A stretch of DNA of 64,000 nt. Origin: Lama guanicoe. Taxonomy: Eukaryota. The notes under the pieces were generated by a model, which saw only the letters and a list, made by a program, of their open reading frames with translations, searched no databases and was not told the DNA's origin. Below, one piece after another: positions 27,639 to 41,008 of this stretch (positions within the stretch are counted from its first letter, which is position 1; each line of letters begins with the position of its first letter). Made by a program: the position numbers and the translations under genes. The stretch is from the NCBI GenBank assembly GCA_013239625.1, contig MU053652.1, forward strand, positions 5,385,902 to 5,449,901, given 5' to 3'.

Positions 27639-28483
27639 CCTGAGAATCCCAATAGAAGACACTATGCTGAATTATACAACAGAGTCATCTGGCATTGTTC
27701 AGATTTTTTTTTTACAGCACAGATTTACCTACAAGCAATGGAAGGATTCTTTATCTGTCTCCCACTACCAAATGATCATGAATCAAATTCATTAGTTTCG
27801 CAACTTGTGATCAGAGGTGGCATTTTAAAGAGTCTGATCCTGAGGACATTCAGAATGGGCATATTTCTGCAGGTAAATTGATAATAACACAACCTGAATG
27901 GTCGTGGCAGAATGGGCCGAATGGCAAGGTTGGCAGACTGTCTACAGGACCCCAGAGGACCCTGGCCGGGAGAGGCAAATAAGACAGAGTGAAGTGCTCG
28001 AGGCAGGCCCTGTAAAGGGAGGAAACAGAAAGGAGGAGAAGGGAATAGCCAAAAGGCAATTCTCCTTCACTTCATATTTTTGCTCGGGTTGGGTTTTGCT
28101 TTGAAGATTCTTAATCTTGAGGAAGATGTCAGCGGGAAGCTAAGGTATAGATCAGCAGTGCACATATGCTCAAATCTAAAAGCAGCAATTTCTTGACACT
28201 GTAAAATTTGGCTGGTAATTCTGCATATTTTTCTATAACAAATAGTCATATCTCTATTGCTCTTCTATTACTTCTCACGAAAAACACCCAGAATGACTTA
28301 AGGATACTTATAGTTGTCCAAGATTTCTGATATTTTTCTTCCTCAAAATCAAGAAGAAAAATAAGCAGGAGGACTTAGAAATTGAAACTAGAACTCACAG
28401 TTGCCATACCACTAATCAAAACCACTGCTTTACTTCCTTTCCCACAGCCATAAAAGCATGAGTGCTTTAAGAGAAAAGGTAAA

Positions 28484-28917
28484 TGTTGTGGGTTAAATTG
28501 TGTCCTCCCCCCTCCCCCCAAGTTATATGTTGAAGTCCTAATCCCTAGGATCTCAGAATGTGCATTTATTTGGAAACAGGGTTTGCAGAGTCGTTGGTTA
28601 AGATGACATCCTACTGGAGCAGAGTGGATCCTTAATCCATCATGACTGGAGTCCTTATGAAAAGGGGAAATCTGGGCACAGAGACATGCACCCGGGGAGA
28701 ACACTACATGAAGACTGTTATTCTTCCACAACCCAGAGGACTACCAAAAGCTAGAAGGAAGGCCTGATTCAGATCCTTCCCAACTGCCTTCAGAGCATGG
28801 TCCTGCTGACCCCTTGATTTTGTACTTCTAGCCTCCAGAACCATGAGACAATAAAGTTCTATTGTTTCAGCCACTCAGTTTGTGCTATTTGTATGGCACT
28901 CCTAGAAAACGAACGCA
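28484..28917 (+). mobile_element. ERVL-MaLR solo LTR (MLT1B/C-like)
   Basis: TGTTGTGGGTTAAATTGTGTCC start, CTTCTAGCCTCCAGAAC and AATAAA near the end, CA terminus, TSD gtaaa/gtaag. Confidence 0.88.
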
Positions 28918-29820
28918 GTAAGCAAAGGATTGCCAAATCTGTATTTAAGAATGCATGTTTCACAAAGATGGTCCATTTTATAAATAGGTGACTGGTCAGA
29001 ACAAAGAAAGCATGCATTCCTAAGGGACACTGAGTAAACCAGCAATTTTCATCAAATAATCAACCAGCAAATGATCCAAAAAACTTTAAAATCTTTTATT
29101 TTTGTTACAATTCTTAATGAATCACAGAATCCTCTGTCTGAAAGAAACAAAGAAATCTTGTACATCCAGTCTTCTGTCTCTTCATTTCCAGTAGAAATAG
29201 ATATATATTCTTTCTTATTAAATATTTCTCTTGAACATATTGTATGATCTTTCTCAGGAATCCCTTCTTTTTGACCATCTTGACTTAAGTATTCCATCCT
29301 ATACAATTTATCCTCACCTCCTCCCCCAGATAATTTGAGGCAGTTGATGACACCTTCCTTCTCTCCAGCCTGGAACGTCGTAGCCATATTGGTGGCTGGA
29401 TCAGTTACACAGTGTTCATGAAACAATTCACATGGGCCCATGTGACTCTTATTGCTATAATACCCCAAGAGAATATAGGAGATGTCTTGATATTTGATCT
29501 AATTCAACGTCATTAAATCCTATATTAAAGTTGAAATAAAATGGGAGGATTCAGAGGAAGCAAGGATGCATCAAGCCTCTGTGTTTCCTAGTTCATGCAG
29601 CAGCAACTGGACGCCCATTTCAATACCTGCCTTCATTAGCTAGAAGGTGCAGAGACCAAGACCACAGTCAAGCAACCATGTTACTTGGAGACAATCAATA
29701 CACAAATTTAGGATATAAAGGAATTAGATTCTTAAGATATTAAGCCGCTCTCCAACTATATGTTGGATGTCCTTATAAATTATACTAGTATGCTGTTAAT
29801 CCGTTAAGGTCCCAGATGAC

Positions 29821-29944
29821 TTTTTTGGAGGGGAGGGGAGGTAGTTAGGTTTATTTATTTATTTTTACAGGAGGTACTGGGGATTGAACCCAGAACTTTG
29901 TGTATGCTAAGCATGTGCTCTACCACTTGAGCTATGTCCTCCCC
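29821..29944 (-). mobile_element. tRNA-derived SINE (vic-1-like) with extended tail
   Basis: Reverse complement has A and B boxes (GGAGGTACTGGGGATTGAACC...CTCTACCACTTGAGCTAT on +); degenerate flanking repeat agatga. Confidence 0.85.
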
Positions 29945-32894
29945 TGCTAGATGAATTTGAGAGTTTAATGATACTTGGCACTGTGGAGGAGCAGTGGGGA
30001 ATACTGGCCACATTTGCACTAGATTCCAGAGAAAACCAGAAAGGGGCTTCTCTTGAGTCAATACATGAGCCTCTCACCATCAATTACTTGCACAGCATCT
30101 GGAGTTTGTCGAACCCAAACATGATTTTGTTACTTCTGACCCTGCTTAAAATATTTATAGTTCGCAATCATTTAAAAATAACACATTTTAATCTGTCCTT
30201 TAAATCATGAATTTTATCACCTTCCGCATTTGAGGCTGAGCCTTGAGGTTTACTGCTCTGGGGATGAGAGGGAAGTTACCTGACTTCTTTAATCTTGAAA
30301 CCAGGCTTGGGCTAGAAAATAGTTATTTAAATTCCTTTAGCATATCAAGAATCAAGCCTACTCACCTGAGATCATAGAGTCTGCCATAGTGCAGAGCAGA
30401 TAGCCAGGTCTCTGATGGTACCCAGGTCTTGAGGCTTGCTGCCCGAGGTGGATGAGGATATGATATAAAACAAAGAGTCTCAGCGCTCTCGGATCCAATG
30501 TCTCATTTCTGTAACTAATGTTTCGTGATGCCTCCTTCATTATCCTGAAATGAAAGTCATAAGTAATATAAATTATCCACACATAGAATTCCAAAAAAAA
30601 TCAATATAATAACCTAAGCCAAATATAAAGGGGAAACAAAGGGAAAGTAATATATTATAAAATAATGTCTTTCAATGTGTAAATGCCTGGGGGTGTCTAG
30701 ACTATAAGATATCCTGAAGGGGTCACCTGCTTGAGCCTTGTTATAATGAAAAAGTTTGACTTTAAGAGAAGTAGGAGACTCCTTTGTACAAGAAATATAA
30801 GAAAATGAAAGAGCACACGTACAAGTAGAAATGAAAACAAAACTAGAATTAGGATACATAATACCAGATCAGACTTATTTGTATATGATAAGAGAAAGAG
30901 GGAGGGAACCTTGACCAAACTGTTACAGACAGCTGAGATGGAGAAAATGAGGAAGTGTGATATTTGTACAGATGAGTTCAGTCTTACTCGTTAGTACAAG
31001 GCAGACTAATTCCCTTTATTATGATATCAAACAGGCAGTGATGAAATATCACACACACAAAATGTTTCCTGTCTTAAAATCCCACTGCATCCAATCCTTG
31101 GATACTGTAACCTTAGATAGGCAAAGAGGAAGAAAGCAGATTGGAAATTAATGCCAAATTAGAAGAAGCTATGAAGAAGGCTATTTGACAGGCTTCTGGG
31201 AACATAAAGATTGAAAAACAACAGACCATTATCAATTACATATTTTTAATACATAATTTTCACAGTATAGATACCGCTGTGTTACACAACATTAAAATAT
31301 GTAAGTTAGAAATGATATAGATTATGTAAAAACAACCCTTATTGTTAACATTCACTGTGACCCCTGTGTCTCTAAATCTGTTTAAAGGAGTCTCAAATTC
31401 CCTCAAATATATATTTGCATGTCACAGAAACAAACAGACAGAAATGTGGGTAGGGAGATTTTTGGACAAATTCTTGTCTCTTTATTCCGAAGTCCTGAAA
31501 CTTCTGAGGGGAGAGGAGACACGCTGATATCTAGCCTCACCCACTGTGGGCAAGTATATTCGATAAGCTGGGAGGAATGCCAACAGTAGATGCATTATTG
31601 CTTCACTCGCTGTTTGGGATCCTGGGAGGAAACTGCCGTGCGGGGCAGTCTCGCACTCACGTGGCGGGGTGCTTACCATAGTTAAAAGTGTGCCGTGGTG
31701 TGCACAGGCAGGGCAATTTTGTTTGTGTTTGTGATTTTCCCTCAGTTCCCATGCGGCCTGGATGCTGAGTTTAGAGTTGGCTGACCTGCTGTGGATGGTC
31801 TGCCAGGAGCTGGTAGCACCATACCTCTTTCATACCATTTATCATGTTATGCATATAATATGCAAGATATAAATTTGCATTTCAGTGAGTGGCTTTTGTA
31901 TTAGTATCTGTCTTTTCAGTTAGATTGTGAACTTCTTGAGGGGTAGACCTTAGAACAGTCTCTGATATACAGTGCCTGATCTATTAATAGAGATGAGAAA
32001 ATATTTATTGAATGAGTTAACGAGTTTAATCCCTGTTACTCCACTTCTGAGCTTACCTTACTTCTGCCCATTTGTTCATTCATTCAAAAATGTTCATTGA
32101 GTGCCTACTATGTCCCAGACTGTATAATGTTTTCTATGATTCATGAAACGACGACTAATTTAATCAACCACGATTACAAAGGCAGTTATCATTTTGTTTG
32201 CAAAAAGTTCTGAATAGGCCTGCAAGAATATAGGAACCTATCTGCTCACAATGTGGCTCCGTATATGGCAGGAACTTAAGGCTTCATAGTTTAACCCTTA
32301 ACCCTTCAGAGTTTTCGTGTGTTATCCTTGTTCATATCAGTTAACTAAATCACATAACTAAATCTTTTAAGTTTCTTTCTAGCTCCTAACTTAAATCCTA
32401 CTACCAAACATCTAGCTCAACTGTAAATTTATTTTTGCAGCAAATCAAACTACTGGGATATGTAAGCACTAGACGTACTAACCATAAAGCTTTCTTTCTA
32501 ATGCTGATCTAGACCACAGAACCCATCTGAAAACTGCAAACGTCAGCTAGTTTTCATAAATGATTTTTGATTATTCAAGTAATTATATTCTCTTAATGAG
32601 TCATATTTTATGCAAATTAATTTGTTTCTATAAGTTAATCATAGCAAAGAACATTCTTGCATATTATGTGTACTTGTACTAACTCCATAAGTATAAGCAG
32701 TAATGCATTTTTGGTAGAAATATGGTTTTTTGAATTCTGTAAATTGAGTCCTTCTGAGTTGATAATCATGATTTTTCTGCTGAATGTTTAATAGAAGGAA
32801 ATGTTTTTTCTTTTTTTATTACTTTGACATTTTTAATCAAAGTACATTAATGAAAGCAGGTACATGAAAACAGTAGACTTCATATGATCTGTAG

Positions 32895-33040
32895 GGAGAC
32901 AGCAGTTGTACTAGGCTGTAAACTCCCTGAGGACAGAGACATGTCTTTTTGTTCAGCATTATGTCTCCTATCCCATTCCCTAGCACTGTTATTGGCATAT
33001 AGTAGGTACTCAATAAATATCTGTTACATGACTGAATCAA
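32895..33040 (+). mobile_element. L2 LINE 3' end
   Basis: CTAGGCTGTAAACTCCCTGAGGACAGAGAC...TAGTAGGTACTCAATAAATATCTGTT. Confidence 0.7.
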
Positions 33041-33209
33041 AATATTCTAATTCCATCCTTATTTATAGAGGATGAACTAATGATGCCTGATCCCAGTGTC
33101 GGCATTAACAGGTCAACTTGTTGGTTTATCTCAGTTTATGAAATAAACCAATGAGTTAAACGTATACTCTAACTTTCAATGAGGAGGAGTAAGAAAGATC
33201 TGATTTCTT

Positions 33210-33319
33210 TCTTTTTTTTTTTTGAGTTTTTTTTTTTAAATAGAAGTACTGGGGATTGTACCCAGGACTTCGTGCATGCTAAGCATGCACTCTACCACTG
33301 AGCTATATACCCAACCCCC
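33210..33319 (-). mobile_element. tRNA-derived SINE (vic-1-like)
   Basis: Poly-T followed by GTACTGGGGATTGTACCCAGGAC...CTCTACCACTGAGCTATA; flanked by tgatttctt on both sides. Confidence 0.85.
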
Positions 33320-34573
33320 TGAAGAGTGTGATTTCTTATTGCATGATTTATGTGGGAGATGTTTGTTTCGATTTACTGTATGAGTTTGGAGGCTTGAAGG
33401 TTTGGTTCAGTCACCAGTCATTTTTGCACAATGTCTGGATTGGGAATAACTTCAGAGTCATCTTTTTAAACTCAATCTTCCATCTAAAGTTTGAATCTCC
33501 TTTATGATAATTTCTACCAAGGGCCTTGCCAAAGTTTTAACATTTCCAAGTGATAGGGAATTTATCACCTCCTGAGGCAATCCATTCCATTTAAGGATAT
33601 TTTGGTTGGAAAATTCTATTGTATTGAAATTGACCTCCCTGCACTTTTGACACCCAGCAAGGATGGGTATATGGGAATATATTTCCATTCCATCTGACAC
33701 CCTAAATGTATTTGAAGTCTTCAGTGGCTGGGTGAAATTTCTCCACTTCATACAAACATGCCTTGTAGGACATGATTTCACATCTTTTCCCTTTCCTGGT
33801 CATTCTCCCAGTGAATGTGCCTCTGTTTGTTTATATCTCTTTTAAAATATAGTGTCCAAACAGAACCCAGTGTTTTAAGTGTGGTTTATGTGAAGCAACT
33901 ATGCTCCTGCCAAATACTGGATTTATAGATCGATAGCCAGGAGTGTCCCAGACGTTTTCTCCTGGGAGTGTAATGACAATTCCTCTGAACCTGCAACAAC
34001 ATTACTGTCTCCTTCGTGTCAGTATCAGAGCTAGAGCACTTTAGGCGGGGCAAAGTGATCCTTTCCTAGGTCACAGAAGAAACAACAGGAGAGAATATGT
34101 ATCTCTCCTCATCTATCTCCATGCTCAGGGAACATATGAAGGCTGATACAGAGCTGTTGAATGTTTTTGTTCTGCGGATATGTGAGATAATGAATGTAAA
34201 GTGCCCAGCTTGGTGTCTGGTTCAGAGTAGTGATTCAACAAATCTTAGTTAACTTTTCCTTTCCCCTCGCCATCTCTTTATACTTTTTCTCAGAATTTTT
34301 TACCCTCTCTTTTAACACAAGGTGGATGCAGGGATGAACAAGTAGAATATAAAATATCTTCTGTAGACTCTTTTTTTATTCCCAAATTCATGAGTTCTTT
34401 GTTTTCCTTAAATCCTAAGGGACAGTTAGATGAGATACACATGTCTCAGGTGTTTTCCAAAAAAAAAAAAAAATACAGCACTTAAGTTGAACAATCTGTT
34501 GACATTCATTTTACTAATCTAGTTGATTTGTGCATTATTTTGCATCGTCATTCATCTGGCTGGGTTGTGTGTT

Positions 34574-34729
34574 GTTTTGGTTTTTTGTTCTGTTTTTGTT
34601 GGGGGGGTAATTAGGTTTCTTTATTTACTTATTTATTATTATTTTTTTAAATGGAGGTACTGGGGATTGAACTCAGGCCCTCACGCATGCTAAGCATGCA
34701 CTCTACCACAGAGCTATATCCCACCTCCT
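34574..34729 (-). mobile_element. tRNA-derived SINE (vic-1-like) with extended tail and 13-bp TSD
   Basis: Same SINE body; perfect TSD tgggttgtgtgtt at 34561-34573 and 34730-34742. Confidence 0.9.
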
Positions 34730-35585
34730 TGGGTTGTGTGTTTAAAATGAGCTTCCTAAGACTAGAAAGATAGGGATTAAAAATAAGGGATTTCAATTAG
34801 ATCTTCTCTTACTTTATGGTATTATAGTTCTCAGTTTCACAAGTGATTAAAAAAAGAGAACTAACATGGATGGGGGAATTTTTGAATATTCCATAGCCAT
34901 TGTTCATTTAAAAATGAAATTCTGAGAAAGGTAAAGTAACTTTGTTCCCATAAATGAAACTGCCATTCCTGACAGTTGGCACACCATCTCTCTGAAAGCA
35001 GTTAGATGATTAGAAACACACTGAACTTTGGCTCATTTTTTCATAAAGGCATTTATTTTAGAAAAGAGTGACGCTAGATTTAGGTACTCCCCCACAAAGT
35101 ACCAAGAAGAAAGCGTCATTCTATGGCACTGAAAACAGAGATATTCACTCCAGCATGTAGGTGTCACTGGATGGTTTAGTACTGCCTAGCAACGCAGATC
35201 TCACCGAGTATCTGACACTCTGGATCCTGTAGATCTTTCTCTTAACTAGAAACTCCTCTGCCCTAGCGGAGAGAGTAAGTCCCTGACGCTCTTTTTCAAA
35301 ATTCTCACCAATCTAACTTTTTCCTTACTCCATGTATGACAGTTACAACACTGAAATTGTTTTATTAACAGGCTGCTGACTGTCAGTATCTGATGACTTG
35401 AAAGTAGAAGAAATAAACCAGACTTTTTATAAAATACCTTCTATCTGGATAGGCTCTAGTTCTACAGATTTCTCAGATGCAAAATATACACCTTTCATTT
35501 GAAAAAATTATAAAGTTTGAATGGGAAAAATTGTCAATTTAAAATTAAAAATGTGATCAGTTTGTGGAAATTATTTTAGAAATTA

Positions 35586-36012
35586 TGCTCTCACTTATAT
35601 GTAAAGTCTAAAAAACAAAAACAAAAACAAAAACAAAAACCCCTTGAACTTATAGACACAGAAAACAGATCGGTAGTTGCCAGACATAGGGTGTGGCTGG
35701 GGGTGAGTGAAATGGGTGAGGGCAGTCAAAAGTACAAAAGCACAAACTTCCAGTTATAAAATAAATAAGTCCTGGGGATGTAGAGTTGAGCATGTTGACT
35801 ATGGTTAATAATACTATATTGTATATTTGAAAATTGATGAGAGTAGATCTTAAAAGTTCTCATCATAAGAAAAAAAATTTGTAACTCTATTTTGGTGGAT
35901 ATTAACTAGACTTATTGTGGTGATCATTTTGCAAAATGTACACAAATTGAATTACTGTGTTGTCACTTGAAACTAATATACTATTACACGTCAATTATAT
36001 CTCAATAAAAAA
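35586..36012 (+). mobile_element. L1 (L1MA-like) 3' end with internal (AAAAAC)n
   Basis: CTCACTTATATGT...AAACTTCCAGTTATAAAATAAATAAGTCCTGGGGATGT...TCAATTATATCTCAATAAA. Confidence 0.85.
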
Positions 36013-36049
36013 GAGATTACTATCAACCACACATTACATTCCTCTGGAT

Positions 36050-36665
36050 GGGATTCCCTGAGAGACTCACCACATATTCCATTCAAAAAATGTAAAATTT
36101 CAGTCTAAGCATGAAGAAACATTTGACAACTGCAAATTGATTTATTTTATAAAACAACTGGCCTGTATTAATCAAAATGTCATTGTCATGAAAGACAAAG
36201 AAAGGCTGAAGAAGTGTTGTAGGTTGAGGGGGAGTAGAGAGACATGACAACTAAATGCAATATGTGATCCTGGACTGGGTCTTATACTGGAGAAAAATAA
36301 TCCATAAAAGGCATTATCAGGATACCTGACAAAATTATAACATAGACTGTAGGCTAAATAAAAGTATTACATCAATGTTAAATTCCCTGAATATGATAAC
36401 TGTGTTGTGCTTATGTAAGATAGATTCCTTGCTTTCAGAAAATACACACTGAAGTAATTAGGAATAAAGGGGCAGGATATATGTATGAACCTATTCCCAG
36501 ATCATTCAAAAAATCAGATATGTGTATGGATAGAGAGAGAGAGATCAAGTATGACAAAATGTTCAAAATTGGTGAATCTGGGTAGAGTATGGGAATTATT
36601 TGTGTTCTTTCAATTTGTTTATAAATTTGAAATCATTTCAAAATTAAAAGTTAAAAAAATAAAAA
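36050..36665 (+). mobile_element. Old L1 (L1MC/ME-like) 3' end
   Basis: GACATGACAACTAAATGCAATATGTGATCCTGGA, GAAAATACACACTGAAGTA, TTTCAAAATTAAAAGTTAAAA motifs. Confidence 0.7.
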
Positions 36666-37074
36666 ATGATCTCTAAAAAAGCAGAAATTGCTTAAAATAA
36701 AATTCCACTTATTTGCAAGTAAAAAAAACCTAACAAAACCAACCAAACAAAAATAATCATCCCTCCTAAAAACAAAAGCATAATCATGATGAATGGTTTT
36801 ACATGATGAATGGTTCACAGTTTCATGTGTCCAGCTATGGCATGTATTCTACAGCATTACTAGTTCTACACAATAATGGTTCCTATAATTGACCTTGTAT
36901 GGTTGTTCTCTACATTGAAAATGAGTGTCCTATTAGGTTAAAGGCCTAACTAAACTAAACTGCTAAAATTGATTTTCCCCACTATACTTTTTCTTATGAT
37001 ATTTATTGTAGAGAATGAATGTTGTCAATATTTCTTCTTTAGCCCAATTGAAATGAAAATTCATTCACTCAAGC

Positions 37075-38630
37075 CCATCCAGTAACTTTTAATGCTTGCC
37101 TATTATGTGCCACATAGTGGGCTAGATGATGGCAAAACAAAGAGGAATACGTTATGGTGTGTTTCTTGACAAATTCAGACTAATGGGAGAGTCAGCCATT
37201 TAATCAGAATGATGTATTACAGGAGCAGGAAAATGGAGCAACTGTTTGTGGGAGAAGAAGTGACATCTAAAATGGGTCTTGAAGGATGAGTAGGAGTTAT
37301 CCAGGTGGAGGGGAAGGATATTTCCAGGCACGAGGAGCAGCATGTGCAAAGGCACAAAGCCTTGAAAAGTTCAATTTATTTGAACATTTCTAATTTATGC
37401 CAGATGTAGCTCAGAAGCATTAAAACCTAGGCCAGCTGCTTTAAAAAACTTTTTATTGTGAAATATTATATACATTCACAGAAGTACATAAAAATAACTA
37501 TCAGCTTACTGAATTATTACAAAGCAAATGTACATGTAATGATCATGAAGTCAAAATCTCTAAAATGGCCAGTAACCCCAAAATTGGCACTACCCCAACA
37601 AGTGCACTTCCCTACCATTCTATTATTTAATAGTTGCTTTAGCTAATGGTTACAGCCACATAACCTACACCTCTATCATCTCTCTCTAAAATTCCCTTGT
37701 GTCCCACACTCTCACCCCGCCCAGTTTAACTACCATTTGCTTGTTGATTTCTGCAATGGGTGAGAAATCCAGTGTGTTTGAAGCAAAAAGTTGTGAAGTT
37801 GTGGGAGGGATGAGTATAATAACAAGTACTTATTATTGTTATGCCTGTACTGTGTTCTGGGTCCTTCTGGGTGCTTTCTTCATTCACTGATTTCCCACAA
37901 CACTGAAAGGAGCATACAGCTGAGGAAACTAAGGCTCAAGAGAGGTTCTCACTTGCTTAGAGAGACAAAACTCATGAATAGTGGGTGGAGATGGGACTAG
38001 CATCCAGATTTTTCTGACTCCCAAACATGCTCTTTCTGTTAATGGCTCTTATTGAGATTTGACTTCATCATGTAGAAAACTGGCAGTCAACAGAGACATT
38101 AAATTGGGAAGCAGTATTACATTTGTTTGGACTATAATTCTGTTGATAGTGTGGAATAACGGAGTGAGGGAGAGATGGTGGTAGGGAGACCACGGAGGTA
38201 CTTATTGCAGTGGCTCAGAGATGAGGTTCTGGATGAGAAGACTGATAGTGCACATGGAGAGAAGATGCCGTTTCCTAGACCCTTCTGAGGTATAACCAGT
38301 TGTTTATGGTACTAGGTTAGATGTTGGGGATAAGTGAGATGAGACACCTTGGACACAGGTAACTTGCATTACTTTGCATCTTTGCACGTGCTCCTCTCCA
38401 AGGCCTCTACCTTGATAGCCTGAATAGATAGCAACACTGTTGATTAAAATTTGGAAGAGGAAGAACAGGTTTGGTGAGAAGATAAGTTCAGTTTTGGTCC
38501 TGCTAATTTTGAGATGCCTGGGGAAATTCAGTTGGTCTCCCTGAAGGGGAGTTAGAAATAGAGCTTAGAGGCTGCAGGGATAGGTCTGAGCTGGAGATTA
38601 AATTTTAGGAATGATCAGAATATATTTAAC
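37075..38630 (-). mobile_element. Fragmented L2 LINE interrupted by an old L1 end and a MIR
   Basis: GGGTCTTGAAGGATGAGTAGGAG, CAGCATGTGCAAAGGC, GTTCAGTTTTGG..TTTGAGATGCCTG motifs; boundaries approximate. Confidence 0.55.
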
Positions 38631-39125
38631 TTGAGGCACAGGACCTGGATTCAGACAGACCTATGTTTAAATCTTAGCTCAAACACTAATTACCTGTTTT
38701 CGAATTTGTAAAATGGGATATCTAACCCAGAATCTTTGTAGGGATTCAGTGAAAAACTAGAAAGCACTTGTTCTGAGTTCAGTAAGTGACAAAACTATCA
38801 TTAGCTATTATTAGATTACAATAGAGACTTACTTATGGACAAACTCCACTACAGCAAAGAGCATTAAAAAAAATGGAATTCACTTAAATGGTCTCTGAAA
38901 TGCATTTGCATGGAAGGCCTGTAAGGCATGGCAACAAAATGATAAGAAAAATGAAGGGATCATCAAAGTTTATCTACACAAGGCCACCAAATTGACCCAG
39001 TCAGTTTAAAGAACAAGTCTCACTAGTGTTTCTTTGTTTTGCTATAAAGGCATCATCAAGCATAAAAAATCAGCAGCTTTAATTCTCTACTATCATTCTT
39101 GAAATAATTACATATTGTATTAGAC

Positions 39126-39565
39126 TGTAGGCAAAAATCGTCACAATAATCCCTCCCATTCCTATATGCATATCCCTTTGAAATGTGACTTGGCTACTCC
39201 TCCCATCAAAAAGGGGGACTTATCTCCCTAGTTCCTGAATTTGTGCTGGCCTTTTAACTTTGACCAATAGAATGTGGTGGGAGTGATGTCAAGTAACTTC
39301 TGCTTCAAGAGGTCTTGCAGTTGTCACTCTGCATCTGCTTGGTGTGCTGCCACAGTATGAAGCCCAGGCTAATCTTGGGGATGAAAGGTTACAAGGAAAA
39401 GAGAGAGGTCCAGTCAAAAGTCAATCCACTGCCAGCCGTAAGTGCACCCAGTCAAGCTGCCAGATGACTGCAGTAGCTACATGCATGATCCCAGACAAGG
39501 CCAGAGAGCACATAACATGGCTTTAGGGTACTGATTCCGGGGTGGTTTGTCATGCAGCAATAGTA
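39126..39565 (+). mobile_element. Older MLT1-type solo LTR
   Basis: ATGTGACTTGGCTACTCCTCCCATCAA, TTTGACCAATAGAATGTGG, GGGGTGGTTTGTCATGCAGCAATAG motifs. Confidence 0.7.
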
Positions 39566-40024
39566 TGTATATGTGTATAGGTATGTGTGTGTATATATAT
39601 GCAGTAGAATTCTTCAGCCTTAAAGATTGGAGAATATTTTTAAACTGTAAAAGGGGTCTTAGGTTAATCATTAGGATGTACTTCCAGACTTTAGGGATCA
39701 AAAAGTTCCTTAAAGCTGTAATGATATGTCACCTAGATTGCTGCAGTGAACAGTGAAAGGGAAGACGATTCTTCTGTGATGGTTTGTGCACAGTGTTTTT
39801 AGAGGAAGGGTGATAATTCTAGATGATGTTCAAAGTCTCTTTAACTTTAGAGCCCTGTGAAATTCAAATTCTTGTGAGTTTAATAACTCCACATCCACTT
39901 TAGGGACTTGTACATAGCATTTTGAATACTTTTCACAAATGACTGATCTGTTGACTCATCTTCCACATACGTGATCCAAAAGACCCAAGCTATGGTATAG
40001 TGCAGGCAACACCATACAGGGAAT

Positions 40025-40400
40025 ATAACATAATGGCTAAGGTTATGAGTTCCAGAGCCATATCGCTTGGGTTCAAATGCTGGCTCAGTTGCCTCTCAGC
40101 TGTAACACTGATGGGTTATCTAACCATTCTTTCCCTGTTTCTGTGAAGAATGGATGATAACATCTCACTGGATTGTTGATAGGATTAAATGAGTTAATGC
40201 TTGAGAGTAAAACATACTTACTCAATACATGTCAGATACTAGTATTGTTATTTTGCAGAAGGGAATGATTTTGGTCTTAGACTAAGTTCTGTTACTATGT
40301 GACCTTCAGCAAATCAATTAACCTCTCTGCATTTCAGTTTTCTCCTCTATAAAGTAAGGTTTACTAGATGACTTTGGTGGGTTCTTTTCATCTTTAAAAC
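40025..40400 (+). mobile_element. Two MIR fragments upstream of the promoter
   Basis: GGGTTCAAATGCTGGCTC, AGGATTAAATGAGTTAAT, TGTGACCTT...AACCTCTCTG..TCAGTTTTCTC motifs. Confidence 0.6.
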
Positions 40401-40992
40401 TCTGTGATTCAGTGTTCAATGTTTTACCCACATGCACATCCTAATCTTGTCTATAATTCTAATTTTTTAAAGATCGTTTAAAACTTACTCTATTAGCAAT
40501 TCTGAGGACACTCTGGTTATGATCACTTTGAAGTGTAAATAACACTGAATTTACTCAGGCAACTAAACATTTTTTATTCACACCTGGTCAGCAAACATTT
40601 ATAACGCACATACCTGAAGCAATGCCTTTTCACGTCTATGAAAACTTAGTTGTACATTAATTTTTTTAAACCCACGATAAATTTGCTTAAAAGTAGGAAA
40701 AGATCCTCCAAAAGTGAAGAAAATATTGCACCTCAAATTTTACCAAAGATCTCCAGTGTTCAATAAAATCACCAAAATTCCACTATTAAAGGTCACATTT
40801 TCTATTTTTTTTGCTTCAGCAGAGTGCATACAATTTATTATAAACATATTATAAAAACAAACACCATCATGTGGATGAAGTTTATCTTACGTTGGCTTAT
40901 AAACTGTGGCATTTCGTAACATTTTACTTTCATGTTCTGTGATGCTTCTTGACAGTGGGACATAAAAATGATCATATTAGTGTGACTAGCTG

Positions 40993-41008
40993 GTGTGTGT
41001 GTGTGTGT
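40993..41008. repeat. (TG)n microsatellite ~0.8 kb upstream of the CpG island
   Basis: Read directly from the sequence. Confidence 0.85.

Noticed and set aside
27019..27795. GC-richer patch with several ORFs as a second promoter or gene
   Set aside because: CpG density is far below the real island, the ORFs are unrecognisable, and part is a DNA-transposon fragment. The CTCF-like matches at ~27373 and ~27811 are incomplete.
29052..29468. 138-aa minus-strand ORF as a pseudogene or transposase remnant
   Set aside because: Non-ATG start, no recognisable family motif, no poly(A) tail or TSD. A tBLASTn search would settle it.
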